Assembly (NCBI GenBank): GCA_002633005.1
Contig: NMRA01000049.1
Coordinates: 974,011 to 1,038,010, forward strand
Source: Phoronis australis
Lineage: Eukaryota > Animalia > Phoronida
DNA length: 64,000 nucleotides
Reading direction: 5' to 3'
Positions 1 to 34,884 of this stretch are shown here, piece by piece; positions within the stretch are counted from its first letter, which is position 1, and each line of letters starts with the position of its first letter. Below the pieces are notes generated by a model. It was given only the letters and a program-made list of their open reading frames with translations, made no database searches and had not been told where the DNA came from. Position numbers and translations under genes: made by a program.

Positions 1-216
1 AGGCCACTCTGAGGGTGAAGAAGATGGCTGACTTCTGTGGCGCCTCCTAGTGGCAGTGTTTTGCATCTATGGTTGTATACCCCACACCCTCTGCAAGATC
101 TTTATTAAATTTTGTAAGTGTATTTACGGGTGTATGATGTCTAAAACAGACAACGACGACATTTGGATAGAACTGACTTCCGCTGTGCTCCCTCTAGTGG
201 CAATTTTACTTTTTAC
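1..216 (+). mobile_element. Internal-repeat fragment of HINE/Helentron-like family A (begins upstream of the window)
   Basis: Same ~150-bp monomers as 18318-20014, with cores GCGCCTCCTAGTGGC (40-54) and CCCTCTAGTGGCAATTTT (~190-207). Confidence 0.7.
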
Positions 217-1824
217 ATGGGATTTGCAACATCAGTGTGAAAGTGACATGAGAGATGTTCTGCTTGCTTGTGGAATGTTCTTTTCGTGTGAATTAGAGAC
301 ACATATTATATTTGGTTATTGAGTGCTTTGAATAAATACAGTCATACAACTGAATTCGTTGTTTGATTGCTCTTTCTAATTCATCTGAAATATTTGGAAC
401 AAGTCATTCTACTTATATATTCTATTCTTGAAAATGAGTTGCAACAGTCTTCTTACATCTCTAACAAGTAAATTAACGCATCCAAGTTCTCCCAGTTCCA
501 TGACTCATTCTCTTTTTAAGTCATTGGTCTCTGGGATCGGCTGTGTTTTCAATCGGGAGGCAGGAGGGGGCGGTGTAGTTGAGTCATATTATAACTTAAC
601 TGCAGGGAAGGCTTTCATCAAGCGAGCATTCATGTGGCATCCAAATGAACACCCTGGCTCATGTTGATCCCCTGTTCAGTTTGTAAGCCAATGTAAAGTA
701 AGCATTATAAATGTCTTTTCACTTGCTAACAGCAGCTTCAGAGCTCTTTGACCTGTCCTGAATGAAAAGTTAGTGCTTAAAAAACCTTATTGCTGACCCA
801 TCTCTCCATACCAACATACTGTAACATACTAGAGCAGCAATTTGACCTGAGGTCATAAAGATGCTTTCACGCACCAGTGGTCATGGATGCTATCACAAAT
901 AGGGAAACCCATTTTGGCATTTTGGCCATCTTATTTTTGAAATCCTGTATGAACATCTGCTGTGCATGCACACTGATGTACATACAAGTGAGCTATATGG
1001 AACTGAATGATTAATGAGGTATCGTAAATGAGGAAAAAATTGTCCCCAGCTTCTAACACTTTTGAATAAGTGGATCTGGTGTATAGTGTACTGTCAAGAA
1101 GTGTCATGGTTGAACAGTTAGGAATACATGGGTGACTGATTGAGTAGGTGGTGATAATGAAGAGATTCCCAGTGTTCTCCACATTTTCTTGTTTCAAACT
1201 GTTTGTCAGCTCTTGCTAGGCATTTGAATGCCTTGTCCAGTTTGAATAAATAATGACAGGTTAAGAATAAAGGCATCAACATTAAATGCAGTGTCTTAAC
1301 TGTTAAGATTAATTTAGGCTTAACAACAACTGGACCTTGTCCATTCAAAATGAACAAACACAAGGTATAACAAGGTAGGTAAAGGTGTAACTGGGACTAC
1401 AAGCTGGACTAAGAGAATGTTAGCAGCCATGTGCACGTTTGTTGACATTCAACTCTTTCTGTCATGTTTGTGTTTTCAGTTGTGGATGACACCACTTCCA
1501 TCTTTTTAAGGTCTGAATGAGTGCAGAAAGCTAGTCGTCTGCATAAGGATGTCTGTGGGCTGATTAAAGTCCTGCATGACTACCTGGGTACATCCATATC
1601 AGTGGGTTGGACCGTTGTCTCACCAGCACCTCCTAGTGAATTTTAGGTCACCCATTGTGTTTGTACACTAATTACTACTGAGCAATGTTCTTGTACTTTA
1701 TTGAGAAAGAAACTTGTAATCAGTCGCACACTCCATTGGCCATTTTCCTGTTGCCTTGTCTGTGACAAGACTTGCCTTATATTCATACATAGCCAGCCAG
1801 CTAGCTGTATGAAGACTATCGTCA

Positions 1825-2320
1825 AAATACAGCTTGGTACCGCTATGTGTTAATCTTCCTTAGACCCCGAAACTGCACACAGCCAAGGTAGTTCTGCTTG
1901 TCACCTTGCCGTGAAACCTGTATCAATATCTAGAGCTAAAGACCGGATGGGGTGCATGCAAAACCTGGAAATCAAACGACACTCAACTTGCCCGTTACAG
2001 CTGTTTAAGTGGAAAACAATCTAATAAACGTCATTTTCTTGCCTAACTTTTTGCGACATCTGTCTGGAGATGATGATAGCTTGGCAGCAGCAAAATTTCT
2101 TCTGAAATTCGGTTTGCTGGTATCAAAATTCTAAAAAAAACTTATAATGAAGTGAAACCAGTTCCAATAATTTGTTGTCACGTTTACGCAACCTCGTGAA
2201 AGAATGTCAACAGTTGATTGAAGAATCGGCAAAAAAAGAAACTGGCCAATTGGTGACGCGATATTTAATGCGCTAAAAGCTGACGCAGAAGATCGCTCCA
2301 CAACTTTAACTGCAGAATAA
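1825..2320. repeat. Unclassified interspersed repeat (~500-600 bp), also at ~3283-3780 and inverted at ~59790-60380
   Basis: Shared blocks such as GACGCAGAAGATCGCTCCACAACT, GCAGCAGCAAAATTT..TTCGGTTTGCTGGTAT and AGACCCCGAA occur reverse-complemented in ISCU intron 1. Confidence 0.75.
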
Positions 2321-2569
2321 CCAGAAAATGATATTATTTACTCAAATATGCATTTAGTTTTTAATTACACTAATTTTGTGTCATGTTTTATCTGGTCAGC
2401 TTTTTACCCACATCGCTGCAAAGCTGTATATTTAGTATACAGCTTTGCACCAAAGCTATTTCATACAGTACTGCTGTTGTGTTTAGATGTGTACTAGTAA
2501 TTGTCAAACTTTTTGATTTCACACATTGAGAAACAAATTATTTTTCTAGAAATTGGGGATTGTGTCTGA

Positions 2570-2852
2570 TTTTTATGCGCCCACATATTTATATGTGGAC
2601 GCATTATGCCGTCATCTCCGTCCGTCCGGGCGGCGTCCGTCCGGCGTCTGGCGTCCGGCGTCCGCTGCTCTATCTCCAAAACCTTTTGACATACGTTCAT
2701 GAAATTTGGCACATATGTTCCATTCATGAATGGGACGGCATGTGCGAACTTTCGGACGGATCCGAGTACCGGTGTGCCCCCTAGTGGCAATTTTAGTTTT
2801 TTACGCTTACCTTTGTATCTTCAAAAGTCCTGAACGGATTTTCATGAAATTT
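2570..2852 (+). mobile_element. 5' end of HINE/Helentron-like non-autonomous element, family A (truncated at the N)
   Basis: T-run, then subTIR hairpin ATGCGCCCAC-atatttatat-GTGGACGCAT (2575-2604), a (GTCC)n-like microsatellite and the first monomer. Inserted in a T-run that is empty in the duplicate copy. Confidence 0.8.
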
Positions 2853-4129
2853 NCTGGGACTACAAGCTGGACTAAGAGAATGTTAGCAGCCATGTGCACG
2901 TTTGTTGACATTCAACTCTTTCTGTCATGTTTGTGTTTTCAGTTGTGGATGACACCACTTCCATCTTTTTAAGGTCTGAATGAGTGCAGAAAGCTAGTCG
3001 TCTGCATAAGGATGTCTGTGGGCTGATTAAAGTCCTGCATGACTACCTGGGTACATCCATATCAGTGGGTTGGACCGTTGTCTCACCAGCACCTCCTAGT
3101 GAATTTTAGGTCACCCATTGTGTTTGTACACTAATTACTACTGAGCAATGTTCTTGTACTTTATTGAGAAAGAAACTTGTAATCAGTCGCACACTCCATT
3201 GGCCATTTTCCTGTTGCCTTGTCTGTGACATGATTTGCCTTTCATACATAGCCAGCCAGCTAGCTGTATGAAGACTATCGTCAAAATACAGCTTGGTACC
3301 GCTATGTGTTAACCTTCCTTAGACCCCGAAACTGCACACAGCCAGGGTAGTTCTGCTTGTCACCTTGCCGTGAAACCTGTATCAATATCTAGAGCTAAAG
3401 ACCGGATGGGGTGCATGCAAAACCTGGAAATCAAACGACACTCAACTTTCCCGTTACAGCTGTTTAAGTGGAAAACAATCTAATAAACGTCATTTTCTTG
3501 CCTAACTTTTTGCGACATCTGTCTAGAGATGATGATAGCTTGGCAGCAGCAAAATTTCTTCGGAAATTCGGTTTGCTGGTATCAAAATTCTAAAAAAAAA
3601 CTTATAATGAAGTGAAACCAGTTCCAATAATTTGTTGTCACGTTTACGCAACCTCGTGAAAGAATGTCAACAGTTGATTGAAGAATCGGCAAAAAAAGAA
3701 ACTGGCCAATTGGTGACGCGATTTTTCATGGTGCCAAAAGCTGACGCAGAAGATCGCTCCACAACTTTAACTGCAGAAAGCCAGAAAATAATATTATTTA
3801 CTCAAATATGCATTTAGTTTTTAATGACACTAATTTTGTGTCATGTTTTATCTGGTCAGCTTTTTACCCACATCGCTGCAACCAAAGCTATTTCATACAG
3901 TACTGCTGTTGTGTTTAGATGTGTACTAGTAATTGTCAAACTTTTTGATTTCACACATTGAGAAACAAATTATTTTTCTAGAAATTGGGGATTGTGTCTG
4001 ATTTTTCAATTAAGCCACATTTTGGTTGCAGAAAACACCTGGGTGTCCTTTCATGTGGTAAAATGCTTTTTGAATCCAAAAATAAAGTAGAGTTTCCTTC
4101 TTTATTAGTTTCAGTATCACAAACTGTAG

Positions 4130-25019
<20,890 letters not shown>

Positions 25020-28000
25020 TGTCTGTATTAGCACCAGTCACTAAACTGTTTCATACACCATAGTATGACAAACATCAGCCATATTCCTCTTTAGAAGCAA
25101 GCATCATTTCCGTCCAGGGCACAATGATTATTTCTACATGTGAATTCTTTAGTATGTTTGAATGATTACTTGACTTTCTGCAGCCAGTGTCTTGATCATT
25201 AACTTGTTCTTGGCAAGATATGCCTGTAGCCTTTGTAAGCCTGCCACGACTGGTCAAAGTATGGAGTTCTGGTACCATGCTTGTCCATAACTGGTAGCAG
25301 CAGGGGCTCCATATAGTCGTGTGAATCGCCCTGTTAGTGAATGAAACTATCTTAATGATGCATCATGGAAGGTATTGACAGACAGCGCACGTGCTCTGAA
25401 TCATTCATTCTCTCTAGACCGTATATCCGTCCAATAAACAAGGAGTTATGAATCAACTCCCGTATAAAGTGGCCATGTAGGTAGTACTTATTTTTCTTCT
25501 GTTCTATTCCAAATGTTTAATTTTCGTGCTAATAATGTTAGATCTGCTTAAATTGGTTTGCTATTACAAAAACAAGTACTGCCGTTCCTTTGTGAACCCT
25601 GACTACAGTATAGACATTATAAAGGAAATGGCGTTAAAGTGTAACAATTTGGGAGGCTATGAAACAAACTGAAAGTGTGGGATTTCTGTGAGTATTTTGT
25701 CGTGATATGCAGGTGTTATACGCTTTTTTAGTGTGACATCATTTTAACGTTTTGGATCCAGTCAAATAATGTTAAAATGCTAAAATAAAGATTATCAATA
25801 ATAATTAGCCCAGATTTGTGTATCGCTGTTAATTACTAAGGCCTTGGAAAATTATTACCTGGCTATAGACCTGATCAATCTTAATCCTGCTCAACTCTCC
25901 AGTAATATACATTGAGTGGAACCGTTGTCGGACTACACCCCTTGTTCCAAGCAGGTAATTATGTAAAAAAATTCACGTGCTAAATTTTCCCTGTGGTTAC
26001 CTGAATGGCAAAAAATCCAAGACTTGCAAAAATTTTGAATGTGTGATGTGACTGCGCATTTCTATTCCTATTTGTGGGTCCAGATCGCGTCATAACATAG
26101 TGGCTGATGAGCCATCACTAAACAACTGAATAAGATAAAACCTTTAATTAAATTTCACTTATTTCTCATTATTTGAGTGCATCTAGATTGTTGATTGATA
26201 AAACGACGTTTCATTCAATTAATCTGCTGTTGCCTGTAATATTGAAAGAATGGCCATATCCTGAAATCCCACTGTACCCTCACAATGCTGTTCACTAGAG
26301 GGCTCTCATCCAACAGTTGTGCACTGATGCAATGTTAATCACTATTTTACAACAGAACTGTACTGTAACTATTGCACACTGCCGATACCAGAAAACGTGA
26401 TAAGCTGAGTGAAGCGATATAAACATTTAAAGGCCCAACTTTTGTAGTAGGAGTCTAATCATATGGTGTTTTTCTACCTCCACAAAAGACGAGAATTTCT
26501 TTCAAGATGTGACTATTCTTGTCTATAGTATATAATGGTGATCAGTGGTGGTCAGTTTTACTGCATATCTGGTCTGCATTTTGACAGGACAGTTCGTTTC
26601 AGTGTAGTTTTATGCTTTTGAAATATTTAAATGTGCTGGCACACTATATTTTATTATTGTACGTCATGATTTTAGATTGTCTTCTTTTTATTAGTGTGTG
26701 TTGAATATTTTTAAAAGAATTATTTGTCTTTGCTAAACTGTCCGTCTCATGGATTCTGTGGTGACTAGTTTCGAAGTGGTAATTTTACAAATTAGATTAT
26801 CGGAAATTCTTGTGAAGGAAAGATTAGAAATGTTGAACTGAATGATAGTTTGGTCTAATAAATATATGTGTTGTATTTTCAAAATTGTACATAAGCTAAT
26901 TGTAATCAAGATTACGGTTTTGTCAGGTTTTCCGTGAGATTAGTTTAGAGTGACTTCAACCTAACCACTCCTGCTTGCTGTTGATGTGGTGAAATACTTA
27001 AAAGTTTCATTGTCCTTTTTACTTAATGTTTAAACTATTGTGACTGTATTGAAGTTGTCTCCTGGTGATTTTTCTGCCATGTCATTCTGATTCAGCTCTG
27101 GACATTGTGGAATATTGAGAATATCAACGTGTGCAAAACAGTTGGTAATAGCAGTGATGGGGAAACACACTATCGTTTCTTGGTGCCCTTGAGTTTCTTC
27201 TGGAAGCAGTTAGTTTTGTCTTTTATTTATGTCCATCTAAGCTACTGACCAGTTTTAAAGTTTTCGATGTTACAGTAAATCTCGCATGAGTTGGATCCAT
27301 CCAAAGTATGATTTTGTGCGGAGATTCTTTTTGTGTGAATGCCAGAGTGCACGATGGACTAAGAATAACCGTTTTGTGCAGCTTTGTCCCAATCGAGGGA
27401 AGATCCGACTTACACACCTCCAACTTATGCAGGTTTACTGTATGACTGTGTTTTTCTAAAGTTTCTTGATTTGTGATAAGTCTTTTTGAAGTGAGTACTG
27501 TTGGTATTTGGACTTGTCTAGTTGTATACAAACTTTCACAGAACTGGCTTTATTAGAAAATAACTTGAAGTCAAGAGTAAACATTTTTGACAAACAAGCG
27601 CTAGGCCTGGAGTCTGGGTAAAATATTGGCTCAGTTCAATTGAATTAGTCACAGAATCTATAACTATAACTACCGCACTGTTGTAACCTCACACTGCTTG
27701 CAGTAGGCTGCACAGTTGAAGTATGATAGCTTAGTATGGTTTTTCGTCTCTAGAGGGCCCTTTTGCCCAAGTTAAACATGACAGACTTTGATCCAGTTAA
27801 TTTGCTTTGCCTATTCTATTTGAATCAGGTAGGAACTTCTCATTGAAACTGTTGCTACTTCAGAAGATCTTTTTATGTGCTTTAATAATATTTTAGTGGG
27901 ATATCTTCTACTAATAGCAATACCAATGCCTTTGTGCTGTGCACAATTCCTTGATGGAAAGTTTCTTCATTTTTGCCAAAGTGTAATTGCTCTTGTGTGA

Positions 28001-28908
28001 GAAAAATTTGAACAACGCATTCTGAAATATTGGTTAAGAATTGTTGAAGCGATGGGCGTACTAGTGTATTTCAGGTATCATTCGTTTATCCCTTCAAGTC
28101 TTATGTTTTCGTCCCAAAAATTGTTTGTGTACTAGGTAGGGTAGGCCCATTCTTTGTTCATACATTTAACTTTTGCGGAATAAAAGTTATTTACAAAATT
28201 TGTTGCTCTTGAACAAAACATAGACGTGGAATCACTATTTCTGTTGTTTTCATTATGTTGATGGAGACGTGAGTGATAGGTATTAGAAAGAAAGGGGTCA
28301 AGAAAAATCTACGAATGTGTTGCACTAAATTTAATTATGAATATTAAAAAAACGCATATAAAATGAACAAGGTCGGCATGCTTGACCGGATTGCATTAAA
28401 GTGGGTGCTAAACAATTCACAAATTAATACTCTTGGCATAGCTGCGATGCTGAAGAAAACCTATTCGCGAATTTCTCTTATAATGTATAGATTTTAAAAA
28501 TTCAAAGACGGCTACTATTTATTTTTCAGTTTTAAAAATATCCATGTTGGTCGTTTTGCCTTACGTATTGTTAGTGTTTACACTTTGAAACTCGTACGCT
28601 AAACATGCGTTTTGGTTTACGACCGTAATCATCGAATCCAAGCCAAGGAATTACTAATGTAGCTCAGTTCAATCCGTGACGGCGCCACCAAGCCTTTGAT
28701 GTGACAAGAACTTCGCTGGGGTAAACTGTGCATGCTTTCTCGTCCACAATTGCCTGCATGTCCTCTATAAGATTTCCCTAATGTGCTGGTCACAATAATG
28801 TCACGCATGATGCGTTTAAATCGCTTGAGCAACGTTTCCATTTGTCCGTAATGCGAAAATTGTAAATGCGTACTCTGTACTGTGTGAAGCGATTGGATAT
28901 CGGGGGGG

Positions 28909-29658
28909 NNNNNNNNNNNNNNNNNNNNNNNNNNNNNNNNNNNNNNNNNNNNNNNNNNNNNNNNNNNNNNNNNNNNNNNNNNNNNNNNNNNNNNNNNNNN
29001 NNNNNNNNNNNNNNNNNNNNNNNNNNNNNNNNNNNNNNNNNNNNNNNNNNNNNNNNNNNNNNNNNNNNNNNNNNNNNNNNNNNNNNNNNNNNNNNNNNNN
29101 NNNNNNNNNNNNNNNNNNNNNNNNNNNNNNNNNNNNNNNNNNNNNNNNNNNNNNNNNNNNNNNNNNNNNNNNNNNNNNNNNNNNNNNNNNNNNNNNNNNN
29201 NNNNNNNNNNNNNNNNNNNNNNNNNNNNNNNNNNNNNNNNNNNNNNNNNNNNNNNNNNNNNNNNNNNNNNNNNNNNNNNNNNNNNNNNNNNNNNNNNNNN
29301 NNNNNNNNNNNNNNNNNNNNNNNNNNNNNNNNNNNNNNNNNNNNNNNNNNNNNNNNNNNNNNNNNNNNNNNNNNNNNNNNNNNNNNNNNNNNNNNNNNNN
29401 NNNNNNNNNNNNNNNNNNNNNNNNNNNNNNNNNNNNNNNNNNNNNNNNNNNNNNNNNNNNNNNNNNNNNNNNNNNNNNNNNNNNNNNNNNNNNNNNNNNN
29501 NNNNNNNNNNNNNNNNNNNNNNNNNNNNNNNNNNNNNNNNNNNNNNNNNNNNNNNNNNNNNNNNNNNNNNNNNNNNNNNNNNNNNNNNNNNNNNNNNNNN
29601 NNNNNNNNNNNNNNNNNNNNNNNNNNNNNNNNNNNNNNNNNNNNNNNNNNNNNNNNNN
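28909..29658. other. Assembly gap (750 N)
   Basis: Run of N preceded by a G homopolymer. Confidence 1.
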
Positions 29659-31199
29659 ATAAAGTCCAAAAACAGAATTTTCTATTGTCGTTCAAGTTGA
29701 TGAAATAAATTCACTGGGATTTCTCGTACACTCTATATACAAAAATAACAATTAATATCACTTACACCAATTGTGCTGCAGAAAACTAAGAAGTTTAACA
29801 CAATTTCAGCACGCAATATGTGACCAGCGCAGATCAAGAAATTCATCACAAACACCTTAGATTTCTGCTACTAAAAATTAACAACACCTTAAGTTGGGAG
29901 TATCGTACCTCGTAATACAATACCAACAAATTATCTATAACACGGTGGTGTTTCAGTGTCTTCAATTTAAAGAACTCTCCGTCACATCTCACTGTAAAAC
30001 TATGATTGCAGAATTAATTCTACCACATCTTCACTGCTGACTCACAGAAATTGTGCACTTATAGTCACATCGGCCACAACAAATATAGTGCCCACGTAAA
30101 AAAAAATAAATACCGTAGCACACTTTGTATGTTTAAAACTTTTACAAAATTGTGAACTGTGTGATTCCACTCAATTAATATTACTCAGAAAAACATATAG
30201 GCCTATAGCACCAGTCAAGTACTTATTACTTACCCTTGATATCAAATTGGCGCGACAAGACGTTTCAAGTTCCTATATGCCGTAAGATGAAGGAGATTTT
30301 ATTGACAGTATTTATTTAGAGGTTATATCACTTGCTTTTCCGCCGGCATTTATTTCAACTATATAAAGCACGCACTCAGTGCTGTAGTGGGGCATCATAG
30401 GCGAACTAGGCCGCGCGCAGCCAACCACCTTTTGGCATTTGAACGTAGCGCCCACGCCGTACTTAAAGTTACGTTCAGTGCTCAATGTGATACGGTCGTG
30501 GGCTTTGAGCGCCTACGTTACCTCCAGTTCAGTTTACCACTACAGCGGCGCTGCGCGAACCTGTTGTTGGCAAAACTGTCGATTGCCGAGTAGTTTTTTG
30601 ATAAAAATAATTTATGCAATAGAGTCTAGAGAGTCAGACTTTACATTGAATGGCACAATTGTTTTCGCGTAGGAAACCCCGCGTTTTTGGCTTACACACA
30701 TAAACTAAAAACAACTTTCCCATCAAGTTTTCGGAACAAAATAAAGCTCCCTGCCGCCCGGTAACCCTAGTCGATAACTCCGAGTCCTCATGGCAAAAGT
30801 TTCAGAGCGGAAAATTTTGAAAACTCCTTTCAAGTTGGCTAAACGGTGGGGCGCAAAGAGTCTTTGTGACCACGCAGCCACACTGACAGGGAATGACACG
30901 GCAAAATGACTATTAGACAAAGACCACTCACCAAGGACCCCAATGTCCAATTTATAAGATAGGGAGTATGAGTCTTTTAGTTGATTCGTATCCTGCTTTA
31001 TATTAGAATTATGTATATTTGTGTAGCCAATGCCAAACTGATGTGCTGAGGATTCCTTCATTCCTTCTGAATTATAACCTATGAGCGGCGCAGCCGATTG
31101 AAATAAAAACTGTTACTTCCATAGACATCTAATGAGTGTATGGTTACGTTCTTCCCAGCCCCCAAAACGTCAACGACTGCTGCAAGTTGTGGGTCGTAC

Positions 31200-31208
31200 T
31201 GCGCATGC
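31200..31208. promoter_or_regulatory. NRF1/Ewg-like housekeeping promoter motif upstream of EMC7
   Basis: TGCGCATGC ~25 bp upstream of the EMC7 ATG in a CpG-containing region. Confidence 0.4.
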
Positions 31209-31233
31209 CTAAACCTACCGGATAAGGTTAAAC

Positions 31234-31932
31234 ATGGAGTTAAAAGAATTAGTGAAGATTGCTGTAGTATATTTATGCAGTTTTTTACTTGTTATAGCCA
31301 AACTTGCTGATGCAAGTAGCGAAGAACCGTTGTTCGCGATCGAAGGAAAAGTAGCGCTGCCACATCAAGCAGACCAAGCGTGGCATTCGAACACAAGAGT
31401 GCTTGTTGATGGAGGGAGATTTCTTGGGTTCTTGCGAAACGACGGGAGTTTCGCGATTCAGAATGTGCCGTCTGGTAGTTACGTTGTGGAAGTAGCAAAC
31501 CCAACTCACATTTACGATCCAGTTCGCGTAGACATCACGTCTAAAGGAAAAACAAGGGCGAGAAAAGTGAACAACTTAGTTGGAAGTGGATCAAAACCGG
31601 AAATTCTCCCTTATCCCCTCAAACTGAAATCTCGTGGCGCGGCTGCATACTTTCAAATTAGGGAAGAATGGAGAATTACAGATTTGTTAAAGAATCCCAT
31701 GGTGTTAATGATGGTTTTGCCCCTTGTTGTTATAGTTATACTACCGAAGATGATGAACATGCAAGATCCTGACACTCAAAAAGATATGCAGCAACAAATG
31801 AACTTGTTCAACACTGCCAACAAGCCAAACTTTGACTTATCAGAAATGTTTACGAATGTATTTGGTGGTGGAAGTTCACAAAAAAGCAAACCCTCGAAAT
31901 CAAGTGGAAAGATAAGAAAAAGAACTTCGTGA
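31234..31932 (+). CDS. EMC7: ER membrane protein complex subunit 7 (single exon, 232 aa)
   Basis: Signal peptide; lumenal beta-sandwich (GFLRNDGSFAIQNVPSGSYVVEV..PVRVDITSKGKTRARKVN); YFQIREEW..LLKNPMVLMMVLPL transmembrane segment; basic C-tail. Confidence 0.97.
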   Translation: MELKELVKIAVVYLCSFLLVIAKLADASSEEPLFAIEGKVALPHQADQAWHSNTRVLVDGGRFLGFLRNDGSFAIQNVPSGSYVVEVANPTHIYDPVRVDITSKGKTRARKVNNLVGSGSKPEILPYPLKLKSRGAAAYFQIREEWRITDLLKNPMVLMMVLPLVVIVILPKMMNMQDPDTQKDMQQQMNLFNTANKPNFDLSEMFTNVFGGGSSQKSKPSKSSGKIRKRTS

Positions 31933-32531
31933 ATAAACAAATTGTGTACATATGACAGAGATGTACATTAATGTCTAACACACTTGATATTTGATTTGTA
32001 AATTTTGCATATTCCATTTGGTCTGGTTAAATTTTCGATCCATTATATTTGCTTATTTAGACAGACGATTACCTCTGAAAACTTTTTAAGTTGTGTTAGT
32101 TACATTGTAAGTTAGATCACTTACTAAGTACTCATTGTGAAATTTATCTCAAATTGTTGCTTAATCAAATTACTGACTTAATTTCTGAGCTTAAAAAGAG
32201 CTGATAGTTCATCAATTGCTTGAAACCAGTTTGTACAAGTTGGCATGTACGAACTGGGATTACGCGGTGACGCACCATGGCACGAAAAGACAGCTTCACC
32301 TATCATTTGTCAGGCTTACATTTGCGTGTTTGAACACTTGTTTTCTTGTTTTACTAAGACTTTGCTAGGACTAACTGGTTTGCCTAATACATTTAAAATA
32401 ACAAAATTTGTGGGCTTGGAAAGAAGTGACAATTCATTGTTTGAAACCAGTTTGTACAAGTTGGTTTGTCACAACAGGTTAGATTATGCCCTGAGCATGG
32501 TCTGAAGCAGTAATGATTGAGGTATCAATTC

Positions 32532-32793
32532 CAGTGTTTTCCACATCAGAAAATTCAAACTCGACTGGACTTGCACAGTTTGTGTACATGTCCATGTTGT
32601 GGAGAATTTGCGTGTAAGTCTTGAAATAAATGCATTGAACCATAAACCCAATTTGTTCAAGAAATTACTAATCTCTCAACGCTTCAAACTCATTGCACGC
32701 GTTTTCAAACTCAACGCAAAGTAAGCCAAACTTGTCATAATAAAATTCAAACTCGATGCAGTGTTGAGTCAAAGTGTGTTGTTGAGAACACTG
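32532..32793. mobile_element. hAT-like MITE; related degenerate copy at ~33593-33737
   Basis: Termini CAGTGTT...AACACTG and repeated internal AAATTCAAACTCG motifs; no clear TSD. Confidence 0.5.
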
Positions 32794-34884
32794 GGTTTTT
32801 TGTAAAGGCTCCAGAAATCATTTCTCATCTGTCAGAGTAAGAAGCAAGTTGAGGTCAATTTTATAGTTATAGCTGAATAGGTGATATAAATCAAAAGATT
32901 ATGGCTACTTTAAAGGATCTGTGAACAGTAATCAATGTTTCATATGCTTTGACATGTGATTGCACTGTCGCCTTATGAAACTTGTCACTCTTCAGATAAC
33001 CTCTGTCACAGTGCCACCTATATGGGGAATTGGCCTGGTGGATTGATGGTGAACAGCATGTTGAAATCTGTGGCATCAGTGCGAATGCCTCGTTTTGTAC
33101 ATTTGTCATATGGTATGGGAATTAGGCAGAAAGGGTATAGTGAATCATTTTGTTGTTTTATTTGACACCTTGTAATGTTGCAGGTGTCAAAAAATCACAA
33201 ACCTGCAAGGATTGAATTGATTAGTCTCTTCTTCTGGTTGTAACAAGCTGCAACTGTAAACCATAAAAGCATTTCTAAATGTAGGGAGACAGCATTTCTC
33301 AATATCAGCCATCAAAATGCTTCAATGTTATTTTCCAACCAATGGTAATGTCTGAATATTACTTCGTTCTGTTAACCAATGAGAACCCATGTTACATGAT
33401 CAATTCACAGTCAAATGCTACCACTTGTTACACAGGGAAAGACTTGGAGTAGTTTCTCAAATTGCAGATCACATCCCAGTGTTTTCTGCAGCACAAAATG
33501 TAGTACTTGCCAGTAGTTACAAAATTAATGTTAAAGTTCTCAAGCCCATGATGTCCATACTGCCCAGGAGTTTGTATTTAAAGCCTCAGAATCAGTTTTT
33601 CAGACTTTCAAAATGTCTAATCTCCAGTTAGTTCAAACTCGTATTGTTTTTCAAACATGGCGCAGGTGAGCCAAACTCATCACAGCAAAATTCAAACTCG
33701 TTTTCAGACCAGTCAAAATGTGTTGTGCTGAAGACTGGTCTAGCAAATCGTTCTCACATTTATCTTTTGGTTATATGAAGCATTGAAAGTCATGAGTTAG
33801 TTCAGGGATGGGACAGATGAAGAGCTACTGGGTCAGTGAAAGTTAATCGACCTGGCATTGAAGTGTGAAAATATGATCACAATTGAATGAACTGACTGCT
33901 TGTCCATTCAATTGAAGCAACCAGGTCACTTGAGCTGGTACTTCTGCCCTGTCCCTTTGTGTTGAACAGACTTTTGTTCACTGACCAATAAAAAATCCTC
34001 AATCCAATTTTAGAATAGAACTATATGCCAGGAGATTCCTTTCCAGGAAAGTTAATTATCTCCATTCCAATGAAAGACTGTTATTTAATGAACTGACTCA
34101 TTACTCTAATGTTTCTCCTTTGACCTGTTACTTGCACTGTCAGAGTTGTTTAATGTATATTTGTCATAACCATCATTGTTTCATGCAAATTCCAGCTTTG
34201 TATTTTTTTCATTTATAATGTTCAGTTTGTAAATATTAATTACTAAACAAATGCAATATAGAATAAGTTGGAAGCAACATGTAAATGGTTTTTGTCCGAT
34301 AGATGTTAACTCCTTTGATTTCATTTTTTAAAATTGGTATAAAATGACTGAGCTGAATTCCTGGTATCGCTGGAATGCACAAAAATACATAATCATTTTT
34401 GTTTTCCATCAACTTGGTCCATGTTCTCGTGGTCCGTTAGTGACATCACATCACCAGGTGGGGCAGTTGGAGTTAAAGGGACATGCAGCACCATCTTAAT
34501 CTTCGTTTTGGGGTGGCACCCTTTGTTTGGTTTTGTAATTAAATATGACTTAGTATTTCCACTCACACACAACCAAATGTTTGGAGTTCATTGTGTCAAG
34601 GGATGAGTTACTTTTTAGCAGCTGAGGTTTGGGATTACCACAACCTGATTAGAACTGCAGGGAGGTTACCAAGAAAATTCTCCAATAATTTGTCAAATCC
34701 ACTTTCTGTGTAAGCTTTTTCATGTTTTAGAAAATGGGGACATTTTTCTTGGAGCCTCTACATTTCAATGACGCAAGTCCTTAGCCATTGTAATGTTAAA
34801 TTTTATTTATAAATAACTGCTTGAATAGTGAATATATGCAGTTTCATGAAAGACTCCTCAGTTTATATGATGCTCAAATAAGGG

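Larger units (their letters stand above)
1391..4006 (+). repeat. ~1.15-kb near-identical tandem duplication (1391-2574 vs 2854-4006), probably two haplotypes joined at a single N
   Basis: Both copies begin CTGGGACTACAAGCTGGACT. They differ by scattered SNPs and indels. The junction is the lone 'n' at 2853. Confidence 0.9.

Noticed and set aside
2494-2972. Overlapping ORFs similar to ORFs at 18157-18588 and 37240-37488
   Set aside because: The similarity comes from the non-coding HINE repeat, not from a protein family.
28629-29708. Long ORFs of 280-346 aa in the ORF track
   Set aside because: Artefacts of reading through the N gap.
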